NCBI GenBank assembly: GCA_022601195.1
Contig: JAHZIX010000045.1
Span: 628,884-692,883, forward strand
Direction: 5' to 3'
From: Deltaproteobacteria bacterium
GTDB taxonomy: Bacteria; Acidobacteriota; Thermoanaerobaculia; Multivoradales; JAHZIX01
DNA length: 64,000 nt
The notes beneath the pieces were generated by a model that saw nothing but the letters and a program-made list of their open reading frames with translations, was not told the DNA's origin and searched no databases. Every line of letters begins with the position of its first letter. Position 1 is the first letter of the stretch. Shown here one piece after another: positions 1-8,695 of the stretch. The position numbers were made by a program, and so were the translations under genes.

Positions 1-132
1 TCCAGCCTCATCTTAGGCTCGGGCTGCGGTCCGGGTCGCCCAGCGGAGGAGCCGACGCTACCGAGAAGGCATCTGAACCTACCGGGAACCGAGCCAGAGA
101 CGCTCTTCCCGCACCTCCAGAAGGAGGGACAG

Positions 133-918
133 ATGGAGCATAGCGGGGTTTTCTCTCCAGACCAGAAGCAATTCCTGTTCACCACCTCGGATCCCGAATA
201 CCAACAGTTCACGGTTCAGGTCGTGGAGTGGAGCGACATGGGTTGGTCCAAGCCCCGAAAGGCTCATTTCTCTGCACAGTATTCCGACCATGGCACTTCT
301 TTTTCGAGGGATGGGAAGAGGGTTTTCTTCGCGTCCTTGAGACCGGCAGAGGGAGCGGCTGATACTTCAGATTGGCATCTCTGGACAGCGACACGGGGCT
401 CTCGGGGTTGGGGTGAGGCGAACCTGGTGAACCTACCTGGTTGGGGCGCTCATTGGCAGTCGCACCCGGTCCAAGCTGCTGATGGTTCGTTGTACTTCCA
501 TCAATTCTCGGCCCGAAACGATCGGGATTTTGACCTGCTGAGAGCCGTTTGGGAGGGAGACCGGTATGGCAAACCAGCCCCTCTTGGGCCGGCCATCAAC
601 ACGCCCGGGGTCGAAATTTCGCCCTACCTCTCGCCGGATCAGAGCTATCTGCTGTTCGCTGCCTACGATCGCCCCGACGGATTTGGAGGAGGCGACCTCT
701 ACCTCAGCCGTCGAGGTCAGGACGGGGAATGGAGCCCAGCGGAAAACCTTGGGCCGTCCATCAACACCGCCTATGAAGAAAGCAACCCCACGATCACTCC
801 CGACGGCCAGTTCTTGATCTTCTCCAGCTCTCGACCCCAAGGAGGCGAAACCACCGGAGAGGGCTCGCTACTCCATCTCTACTGGGTGAGCACGGAAGCT
901 CTTTCCAGGAGGGGCTAG
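133..918 (+). CDS. TolB-like / PD40 beta-propeller repeat protein
   Basis: Repeated PD40-like motifs (SPDQKQFLFTT, SRDGKRVFFAS, SPDQSYLLFAA, TPDGQFLIFSS). Strong SD (GAAGGAGGG) 5 nt upstream of ATG 133. No in-frame stop between position 1 and 133, so an upstream start outside the window cannot be excluded. Confidence 0.6.
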   Translation: MEHSGVFSPDQKQFLFTTSDPEYQQFTVQVVEWSDMGWSKPRKAHFSAQYSDHGTSFSRDGKRVFFASLRPAEGAADTSDWHLWTATRGSRGWGEANLVNLPGWGAHWQSHPVQAADGSLYFHQFSARNDRDFDLLRAVWEGDRYGKPAPLGPAINTPGVEISPYLSPDQSYLLFAAYDRPDGFGGGDLYLSRRGQDGEWSPAENLGPSINTAYEESNPTITPDGQFLIFSSSRPQGGETTGEGSLLHLYWVSTEALSRRG

Positions 919-1700
919 CCCAAGATCGCTGGGTCCAGGTCCACGCTCACCGGGCAATGGTCGGAGCCCAGGTCGTCCGGGTGGATGGCAGCACCACGCA
1001 GGAACGGCATGGCTCCCTCGGAGGCGAGCACCATATCCAAGCGCCAACCGATGTTCTTCGCGCGCACACCAAAACGCTGACTCCACCAGCTGTAATGATC
1101 GCCTTCTGAAGTGTAGTGGCGAAAGGTATCGGTCCAGCCGGAATCGATCCATCTGTCCAGCTCTTCTCGTTCCTCGGGGCGGAAGCCACTGGTTTTCACA
1201 TTCTGCTTTGGACGGGCCAGATCGATCTCCCGGTGGGCGGTATTGAAGTCCCCCATCACCAAAATGGGTGTGCTTCGCTCCCGGGCCGGCTCTAGGAGCT
1301 CGAAAAGGCAGCGGTAGAAGTCCAATTTGTAGGGAATGCGGGAAAGGTCTCGGTTCTTGCCATTGCCGTTGGGAAAATAGCAGTTGGCTATCAGGAGGCG
1401 ACCGTAGCGAGCCAATTGGAAGCGCCCCTCGACATCGAAACGATCCTCTCCCATGGAGGTCTCGACGGCATCTGGTTCCTGACGAGACAGCAATCCTACG
1501 CCGCTATAGCCCGGGCGTTCCGCGGCTGCCCAATGGCTCGACCAACCTTCCGGGGCTTTGATCTCGGCGGTGAGCTGTTCCTCTTTGGCACGCACCTCCT
1601 GAAGTCCCACGATGTTGCCTTCGCAGCTGCCGAGCCACTCCAGGAAACCCTTTTTGGCGCAGGCCCGAATACCATTGACGTTCCACGAAATGATGCGCAT
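915..1700 (-). CDS. xthA: exodeoxyribonuclease III (AP endonuclease, Xth family)
   Basis: Full-length match to the ExoIII/APE1 fold: MRIISWNVNGIRA, LQEVRAKEEQL, PILVMGDFNTAHREIDL, and C-terminal SDHCPV. Confidence 0.9.
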   Translation of the reverse strand: MRIISWNVNGIRACAKKGFLEWLGSCEGNIVGLQEVRAKEEQLTAEIKAPEGWSSHWAAAERPGYSGVGLLSRQEPDAVETSMGEDRFDVEGRFQLARYGRLLIANCYFPNGNGKNRDLSRIPYKLDFYRCLFELLEPARERSTPILVMGDFNTAHREIDLARPKQNVKTSGFRPEEREELDRWIDSGWTDTFRHYTSEGDHYSWWSQRFGVRAKNIGWRLDMVLASEGAMPFLRGAAIHPDDLGSDHCPVSVDLDPAILG

Positions 1701-1943
1701 TGGGATGCCCTCTTGCTCTACGGATGTTGAGGATGAATGAAGCGCCGCCTATTCTACCCAGCCCCGGGAGGAGAGCGTCATCGTTTCCCTTCCCCGAAAC
1801 TCTGAAGTGTAGAGGGCAGAGCGACAGCTTCCCCGGTTGGGAAGCCCTTGCCCTAGGATGCACTTGAATTTGGTTGAGTTAGGTGGAGCGATCGTTGGGG
1901 TGAGGAGGGCCCTTCCAGAGCGGATCTTGGTAGCGACTCTTGC

Positions 1944-2840
1944 TCAGTCGAAGGCCTTCAAGATCTCCTCCGCCAGCCATCCACCGGACTCCTGAACGAA
2001 ATGACCCGACTCAGCGATCTCCAGGGGGGGCGGGCAGCCCTGAATGACCTTGCGCAGAGCTTGCATGACCGGAGGGCCCAGTACCGGGTCTTCCATGCCG
2101 ATGGCCATGAGGGTGGGGCCCGCCCACTGAGCCGACCACCACCTAGCTGCTCGCCGGGAAAGGGCGGCACCCGGTGCGTCCGGATGGTCCGGAACCAGGT
2201 CTGGAAACCGCCGCACTCCGGCTTTGTAGCGAATGTCCGGAAAGGGTGCATCGTAAGCGGCGAGCTCCCGAGCAGAAAGATCGGGGCAGGATCGTCCCAT
2301 GAGGCGTCCGATGGCCATGTCCGGGTTTTTGGCACTCCAGGCTCGCCAAGCCAAGAAGGCCGGCGGCAAGGCAGTTTCTCCGGTGGCGAGAGAGGTGTTC
2401 ATCACCACCAATCTGGAGTAGCGCTGGGCATCATCCATGGGGATCGTCAAGCCGAGGAGTCCTCCCCAATCCTGAGCCACCAAAGTGATGTTAGAGAGGC
2501 CCAGTCGCTCGACGAAGGTGATCAGCGAGGCACGGTGAAACTCGAAGGTGTAGACGCTTTCATCAGTGGGCTTATCGGAGCGTCCGAAGCCGAAGAAATC
2601 GGGAGCCACCACCCGATGTCCAGCGGCGGTAAAAACCGGCAGCATCTTGCGGTAGAGGTAGCTCCAGGTGGGTTGGCCGTGCAAACAGAGAAACACCGTC
2701 TCGGCATCTCTGGGCCCCTCGTCCAAGTAGTGCATTCGCAGCCCATCGAAACCCGGCAGGTCCTCCAGGTAGTGAGGTTCGAAAGGAAAATCCGGCAGGT
2801 CCGAAAAGAAATTCTCGGGGGTTCTCAAAATCTCATTCAC
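1944..2840 (-). CDS. haloalkane dehalogenase-like alpha/beta hydrolase
   Basis: N-terminal FPFEPHYLE...GLRMHYLDEGP, nucleophile elbow VAQDWGG, 298 aa. GTG start at 2838-2840 overlaps the stop of the upstream giant gene (GTGAATGA). Confidence 0.75.
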   Translation of the reverse strand: MNEILRTPENFFSDLPDFPFEPHYLEDLPGFDGLRMHYLDEGPRDAETVFLCLHGQPTWSYLYRKMLPVFTAAGHRVVAPDFFGFGRSDKPTDESVYTFEFHRASLITFVERLGLSNITLVAQDWGGLLGLTIPMDDAQRYSRLVVMNTSLATGETALPPAFLAWRAWSAKNPDMAIGRLMGRSCPDLSARELAAYDAPFPDIRYKAGVRRFPDLVPDHPDAPGAALSRRAARWWSAQWAGPTLMAIGMEDPVLGPPVMQALRKVIQGCPPPLEIAESGHFVQESGGWLAEEILKAFD

Positions 2841-5800
2841 GAGGAGTCCTTTCGTTGACTGCCGTGGCGGGAAGAGTGGTTCGGAGGTCGATCTTTCGGA
2901 GAGCGCCCACCAGGTCTCTGAGTTGGTCGAGATGTTTCAAGGTGCCATCTAGCTGGTCGCTGAGCAGGCGGTCCTTTTTGGCCTCCGAGCCCTGAACGCG
3001 GCGTCCGAGGCTCCTCACAGCAGGAATGAGTGCCTCTTCGATGGCTCCCACCAAGCGACCCATGAGGTCGTGAACTCCGGGGCCGAGGGTTTGGACGATC
3101 TCTCGGCCTCGAGGCGCCTCGGCGAGGGTGGCCAGTGTCTTGGAGAGGCTTTCCAAATAAGGGGAAAAATCCTGCGCCGGAGCGGCTGCCAGGTTCGTTG
3201 CCAGCCCTGTAGTCGCCGACGGGTCGACGGCGGGGACTCGGTTCTTGAGCTCCGCAGCTGCTCCGGAGAGGACCCGAACGACCTTCTCCATTCCCTTCGA
3301 CAGCGAAGCCAAATGGTGGTCGAGTTTCTGGAGGGCTTCCCCGCCAGCGAGCTCTTCCCCTGTTGAGGATTCTCGAGACAGGGCCAGGCTGGCTTGGATC
3401 TGTTCCAAGATCGGCGTTAAGGTCGCTGCCAGTTCCTCGGTACCCCTATCTTCTGCATCACTCTCTTCCGAACGAGCCGTCTCGCGGGTCGATTCTGCTA
3501 CCTCCTTCAGCTGGGAGCCGATCTCGCCCAAGCGGTCCGACATCAGGCCCAGCTGACCCACCACTCGTGTCGAAGGATCGTCTTCAGCTCCGCCCATGGA
3601 GAGCACGCGGGCAAAGCCCCGCTTGATCTCCGCCCACCGCGCTTGCTCCTCCGGGGTCAGGCGTCCGCGCAACTCCGCTAGCTTGAGGAGGTTGTGCTCC
3701 GCCCCCGTGGTCAGAGTTTGGGCTTCCCCCAAGTAGTGATTGTCGAGAAGGACCTCGAGCTCGTCGTCGTTCATCACCGGCACGATCTTCTCCGCCAACT
3801 TGTTCATGTTGCGGTAGCTGCCCTGGAGTTGAAAGGGAGGCTCGGTGCGAAAAGCCGGATCTTGAGCTGCAGAGAGAATGTACTGGCGATTGACTTCCAG
3901 AAGCACCTGCTGGACGGCTAGGAACTTCCTCAGGACGGCGAGAATCTCCCCCACTTCCGCCGCGGAGTATCCATGGGAAAGTTGATCCGCCTGTATCTGT
4001 TCTCCCTGGGCCATGCGCACCAGCAAGTAGGTATCCTGCGGATCCCGGGTTCCCAGGGGAGCCGTCACCGGGTTGGAGGTGAGAGCATTCTCTAGGTAGC
4101 TGAGGGCGAAAGTCTCCTCCTTGCCTTCCAGAATGTCACCCAGATTGTAGACATCCGCTCGGTTTGCCAACATGTCCGGGACCTGGAACTTATCTCCCGA
4201 TTCCGTGTAGGGGTTGCCGGCCATACAAACAGCGAAGCGCTTTCCCCTCAGGTCATAGGCCTTGGTTTGCCCTTGCCAGACTCCCTCCACCTTACGCTGA
4301 GCGTCGCACAGGGAGATGAACTTCTGTAGCAACTCCGGATGGGTATGCTGAATGTCATCCAAGTAGAGCAACACGTTGTTGCCCATCTCGAAAGAGAGAT
4401 TCATCTTCTCCACCTCGCGCCGGGCAGTCGCATTGGGAGCTTCCGCAGGGTCGAGGGAATGGACGCCGTGCCCAAGGGCCGGGCCGTTGATCTTCATGAA
4501 GACCAACCCCAGGCGATTGGCAACGTACTCCATCAAAGTTGTCTTGCCGTATCCCGGGGGAGAAATGAGCAGCAACAGGCCCATCTGATCGGTTCGCTTG
4601 TCGTCTCCAAGGGCACCCATCTGCTTGGCCAGGTTGTCCCCGACTAGTGGTAGGTAGACCTCGTTCAAAAGACGATTGCGAACGAAGGCGCTCATCACCC
4701 GAGGGCGGTACTCTTCGAGTCGCAATTGTCGGCGGTTCTCTTCCAGCGCTTGGTGTCGGCATTCCTGAAAACGCCGGAAGGCAGGAACTTGCGAGTGGCG
4801 GAAAGCCCCGAGGCGCGCCAGGAATTCATCGAGGCGAAGGGTCATCTTACGCTGAGAGATGCGCCCATGTTGGCCCAGGAGGCCCTCCACTTCGCCCTGT
4901 AGCAGGGCGCTCGAGGGTTCCCGAGACAGGAGGCCTTCGGTGAGAATCAGCGCCACCGCACCATCGACTTCCGCTGCTAGACCCAAGGGGACGTCCTTAG
5001 CCGCTGGCTTAGTCTCGTCGTTGGGACTCTTGGTGGAAGTGCCAGAAACTTGGTGCCTTTGATCCAAATAGGCTTCGATCCAGGCCTTGGCGAGGGAGTA
5101 GCGCTGGGGCAGGTGATCCACCAGCTCGCTCATATCCGCTTGAAACTCTCTCCAAGATCCGGTCTTTTCGAGGTGTACTTCGAAGCTTCGCCGCAGATCC
5201 TGGGCTCCTGCGCTGAGCACGAAAGTAGAGGATTCCTGGCAAATCTCTTCGAAGAGATATTGCCCTGCGGAGCGCTGGTCTTCAGGGTCCAAATGGAAAC
5301 CCAGCTGCTCGGAAAAAGTGCCGATGGCCGTGGCGAGCTCGGAACAGAAACGGACGATCTCCGGACTGTGGGCGAAGGCTCGACGGAGGCGCGCCAGGCT
5401 TTGAGCCCTTCGTTGCCAACGCTTTTTGGCCAGCTCATCTTTGAAACAGGCCCAAAACAGAACCGCGGCAGCTCTCGGTTTCGGCGCAAAGCGGAGAAGC
5501 CCGGCGGTAGCGTAGAGACCGAGGAGCTTGGATAGGATAAGGGTCGCGTCCGCATCGTGGAGGCCTCTTTCATAGCCTTCGTCATAGCGCTCCGCGGAGA
5601 ACCTTCGGACTCGTTCCAAAAGGCTCTCCTGGGACAATGCTGCCTGTTGCAGAACCTGCGGAGACAGCCCTTCGGACTCTTCTTCAGCTGCCGCCAGGAG
5701 GCAAGCCGCCAAATACTCTCCTCGGTAGACCTGGGGGTTCTCAGAGACCAGGTGCTGATCCCACAGTGGCCGCAACTCTTCGAGCTGGGAGTCTTCCAGA

Positions 5801-8550
5801 GGTTGATGGAAGTCCGTGCCCGTGAGGTGAAGCTCTAGATGACCTTCACGGGGAATCAGGGTCAAGTCCAGGTTCTGGGTGTTGACGCTGAAACGATGAC
5901 GCCCCAATTTGAGAACATCTGTGCCCTCTTCGAAGATGTCCTGGCGGTCCCGTAGGGAGCGAACCGCCTCCTGCCGGGCGCCTTTGAGGCGCGCATCTAC
6001 CTCGTCCGCTCGCACGCTGTCGCCCAATTCCCGAAGCCGGGAGGAGAGGTCTCGCAATCGGCTCACCATAGCGTCCGCAGCGAAGTAGCTGTTGAGCTCG
6101 TCACCTTCCGAAAGCGTCGCCGCTCGCCGGGCGATGCCTCCGAGAATGCGCTCCGCTGCTTGCATCAAATGGTTGGCTCGGCGTTGACGTTCGTCCAGCA
6201 GGCGTTGCTTCTTGGCGCTGAAAGCCTCGTAGACGTCTTCCCGCTTGGCTCCCAGCTGCTCCAGGTATTCCTCGAACTCACTGAAGCGACTCTCTAACTC
6301 CTCCAACTGCAGCATGAGCTTCGAAAGTTGCTCGTCACAGGCTTCCGGGGTGTCGCCGAGACTCAGGGCGCCGGCAACGCTCTGGTTGAAGAGTTGAAAC
6401 TGGACCGCGAACTCGGCGACCATTTCATGGGAGAGGAGCTCTTTGCGTCGCGCTTCTTGGAGGGCTCGGCACCGGTTGAGGCCACCGAGAACTTCCGACA
6501 CCCCCTCTAGAATGCCGGTCCGCACGGTGGCGTCGTCGATATCGAGGCCACTTACCACTTCTGCCAGCAGGTCAAACCCGGAGCTAAGGCTGTCGATGGA
6601 TTCTCGAAGCGGTCGGGCCTCGCTGACCTTCTGAACCACCTCTATCTCTTGCTCTAGCTCTTTGAGTCGCCGGTGAAAGGGAGCAAAGGCGTCCTTCTCG
6701 ACCAGGAAAGAAACCGTCGCCTGGCTGACTTGGTCGAACCGATCCGAGACCTGCTCCTCTAGGGAATCGAGGCGCGACGGGTCGGCGTAGCGCAACTCTC
6801 GCAGTGAAATTAGCCTCCCTCTCTGCTGGCGCAACTGGCTCAGGCCTTCCACAAAGGGTTCGATGGCACTCCAATCTTTGGGGCGCATCTGGCCCAATAG
6901 GGTCTCCACCTCGACAGCTGCCTGGTCCACCGCTTCCGTGGCCTGACTGCGGATGGCTTCGACCTTCTCGAATTCATCGACGATCAACTCGGCGGTGGTA
7001 CGTACCTCCTTGAGCTGGTCCAGAGGCTGGCCCACCTCCGGGCTACCGAGCCAGAAGTAGCTGTCGATGACTCGGTTGGCGGAGGCGATGAGATCTTCGT
7101 AGACGAGGCGACTCGCCTGCTGCTCTTCCACCATGCGGCACAGGCTCAGGAGGTCCGAGATTCCCCGAACCAGATCGGCGTTGCCAACCTTCTCTAGATA
7201 GGAACCGGAAGAGGGAGCTGCCGCAGCGTGCTCGGCGCTGGAAAAGGGAGTCTGCCAAACCTGCATGGGGTGGACTCGGGTCGGCTCCTCCGAGAGACAG
7301 CGAAAAATGACCATCTTGCCGTCGTCGAAGAAAGTGAACCCATGGCATTCAACGGGGTTTGACACCTCTTTGCGGATCACGTTGTAGGGCAGCATGACGG
7401 TCCGTCCCTGCTCCCGGTGGTGAAAGAGGTACAACACATCTTCCCCATTGGGGGAGCGCAGGGCGTGTTTGAACTCCAGCTGCGCCACTTTCGCGTCGAA
7501 GGTTCGAGTCTCGCCGCTCTGAAGGTAAAAGCCTCCGGGAAAAATGATGCCGTGGTCCTCCGGCAGCTGCACACAGGCCTGACCGATGGCATCGATGCGC
7601 TGAACCTGCTTGGTGCGGGTATTAAAGACCAGATAGCGCCAGGTTTCCTCCCGGTAGGGCTTCACCTTGAGGAGGATTAGAACCCCCACCTGGGCGTAGT
7701 GAATCTCTGCATCGTCGAGACTCTGGTCGGCATCGTCCACCGGTTCCCGGTAGATTCCCAAACCGTCTTCTGTGTTGTTCTCGATCTTGATGGTGAGATC
7801 GCCGCCTACGGTCTCTACAAAAACCTCATCGAGAATCGTCACGTGGGGGTGCCGGCCGGACACAAAGTGATCCCGGGTGGTTGGAGTCCATTCGAAGTCG
7901 TGAGAAGGTGGGAACTGGTGATCCCGCTCTCCCCGATTGTCGATGTAAGTGATTCGACCGTCCGGTGCAATGGCCCAGCGAAAGACCTTGATGTCACCGA
8001 GGGTCGAACCAGCCTGAAAGACCGCTAGCAAACGATCCTCGACCCGGCGCAGCTGGAGCAACCGAGCCGACTTGTAGTACTGGTAGAGTTCCTCGAATTC
8101 CCGCAGGAAGGTCGGGTCGGCAAGAAAATCGGGTTGAGCGCCATCCTTCAGAGGGGTGAGAGAAAAGCCTTCCTGGGTCGCTTCGAAGGTGTGCAGGCTG
8201 AAGACGTCCCTGACCGTGGTCTGGTGGCGAAGACCTATGAAGACGTTGTAGCCAAACAGCAGCCGATCGCCCACCGCGGCGATGTCTCGGGGCACACAAT
8301 TGTTCTGCGTGCGGATCCGTTCCGAACCGACCACGGACATCTCGGTGCTGCCAAACAGCTCCAAGCGCTCTGTGTTGAGGCGATTCGCCGCAGTCTTGAG
8401 GTTTCCCGCTTGCTCCAGCAGCCGATCGCGGACAACTTCATAGGTGCCCTGCTCCAGGGTCGAGGTTTCGCTCATAGGCTCCCCCATCGCCCGCCGGGCT
8501 CCAAGAAGTTTTTCGGCCAGGAAGTACCTCTCCTCCCGAACCCGGGCCAT
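2833..8550 (-). CDS. giant (1905 aa) protein with a single MoxR/AAA_5-type AAA+ ATPase module; function unknown
   Basis: Walker A LISPPGYGKTT (+ strand ~4541-4570), Walker B VLLYLDDIQH (~4345-4380), AAA_5-like AGNPYTESGDKFQVPDMLANRADVY (~4150-4230). Beta-rich N-terminal region, ~800 aa predicted coiled coil (E/L/R/Q-rich heptads), alpha-helical C-terminus. GGGGGAG SD before ATG 8550. Confidence 0.6.
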   Translation of the reverse strand: MARVREERYFLAEKLLGARRAMGEPMSETSTLEQGTYEVVRDRLLEQAGNLKTAANRLNTERLELFGSTEMSVVGSERIRTQNNCVPRDIAAVGDRLLFGYNVFIGLRHQTTVRDVFSLHTFEATQEGFSLTPLKDGAQPDFLADPTFLREFEELYQYYKSARLLQLRRVEDRLLAVFQAGSTLGDIKVFRWAIAPDGRITYIDNRGERDHQFPPSHDFEWTPTTRDHFVSGRHPHVTILDEVFVETVGGDLTIKIENNTEDGLGIYREPVDDADQSLDDAEIHYAQVGVLILLKVKPYREETWRYLVFNTRTKQVQRIDAIGQACVQLPEDHGIIFPGGFYLQSGETRTFDAKVAQLEFKHALRSPNGEDVLYLFHHREQGRTVMLPYNVIRKEVSNPVECHGFTFFDDGKMVIFRCLSEEPTRVHPMQVWQTPFSSAEHAAAAPSSGSYLEKVGNADLVRGISDLLSLCRMVEEQQASRLVYEDLIASANRVIDSYFWLGSPEVGQPLDQLKEVRTTAELIVDEFEKVEAIRSQATEAVDQAAVEVETLLGQMRPKDWSAIEPFVEGLSQLRQQRGRLISLRELRYADPSRLDSLEEQVSDRFDQVSQATVSFLVEKDAFAPFHRRLKELEQEIEVVQKVSEARPLRESIDSLSSGFDLLAEVVSGLDIDDATVRTGILEGVSEVLGGLNRCRALQEARRKELLSHEMVAEFAVQFQLFNQSVAGALSLGDTPEACDEQLSKLMLQLEELESRFSEFEEYLEQLGAKREDVYEAFSAKKQRLLDERQRRANHLMQAAERILGGIARRAATLSEGDELNSYFAADAMVSRLRDLSSRLRELGDSVRADEVDARLKGARQEAVRSLRDRQDIFEEGTDVLKLGRHRFSVNTQNLDLTLIPREGHLELHLTGTDFHQPLEDSQLEELRPLWDQHLVSENPQVYRGEYLAACLLAAAEEESEGLSPQVLQQAALSQESLLERVRRFSAERYDEGYERGLHDADATLILSKLLGLYATAGLLRFAPKPRAAAVLFWACFKDELAKKRWQRRAQSLARLRRAFAHSPEIVRFCSELATAIGTFSEQLGFHLDPEDQRSAGQYLFEEICQESSTFVLSAGAQDLRRSFEVHLEKTGSWREFQADMSELVDHLPQRYSLAKAWIEAYLDQRHQVSGTSTKSPNDETKPAAKDVPLGLAAEVDGAVALILTEGLLSREPSSALLQGEVEGLLGQHGRISQRKMTLRLDEFLARLGAFRHSQVPAFRRFQECRHQALEENRRQLRLEEYRPRVMSAFVRNRLLNEVYLPLVGDNLAKQMGALGDDKRTDQMGLLLLISPPGYGKTTLMEYVANRLGLVFMKINGPALGHGVHSLDPAEAPNATARREVEKMNLSFEMGNNVLLYLDDIQHTHPELLQKFISLCDAQRKVEGVWQGQTKAYDLRGKRFAVCMAGNPYTESGDKFQVPDMLANRADVYNLGDILEGKEETFALSYLENALTSNPVTAPLGTRDPQDTYLLVRMAQGEQIQADQLSHGYSAAEVGEILAVLRKFLAVQQVLLEVNRQYILSAAQDPAFRTEPPFQLQGSYRNMNKLAEKIVPVMNDDELEVLLDNHYLGEAQTLTTGAEHNLLKLAELRGRLTPEEQARWAEIKRGFARVLSMGGAEDDPSTRVVGQLGLMSDRLGEIGSQLKEVAESTRETARSEESDAEDRGTEELAATLTPILEQIQASLALSRESSTGEELAGGEALQKLDHHLASLSKGMEKVVRVLSGAAAELKNRVPAVDPSATTGLATNLAAAPAQDFSPYLESLSKTLATLAEAPRGREIVQTLGPGVHDLMGRLVGAIEEALIPAVRSLGRRVQGSEAKKDRLLSDQLDGTLKHLDQLRDLVGALRKIDLRTTLPATAVNERTPRE

Positions 8551-8609
8551 CCCAACCGGGCTCGGAAAGAGGTTCGGATTCCGGAAGAGCGGGATTTTCT
8601 AGAGAGGAA

Positions 8610-8669
8610 TGGGCGCCCCTCGGTTTCCTCGACAGCCTTCCGGTGATGGATCCAAACTGGGCGCCCCTC
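8610..8669. promoter_or_regulatory. two copies of the palindrome-containing motif TGGGCGCCCCTC (8610-8621 and 8658-8669) between flotillin and the giant ATPase gene
   Basis: Exact 12-nt direct repeat, 48 bp apart, each containing the perfect palindrome GGGCGCCC. Lies in the 145-bp spacer upstream of the giant gene start. Confidence 0.25.
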
Positions 8670-8695
8670 TTGCTTGTTTAGCGACCCCGCCCCCA

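Noticed and set aside
2001-2858. 285-aa + strand ORF antisense to the haloalkane dehalogenase
   Set aside because: The minus-strand frame has clear alpha/beta-hydrolase motifs. The antisense frame is Gly/Arg-rich with no features.
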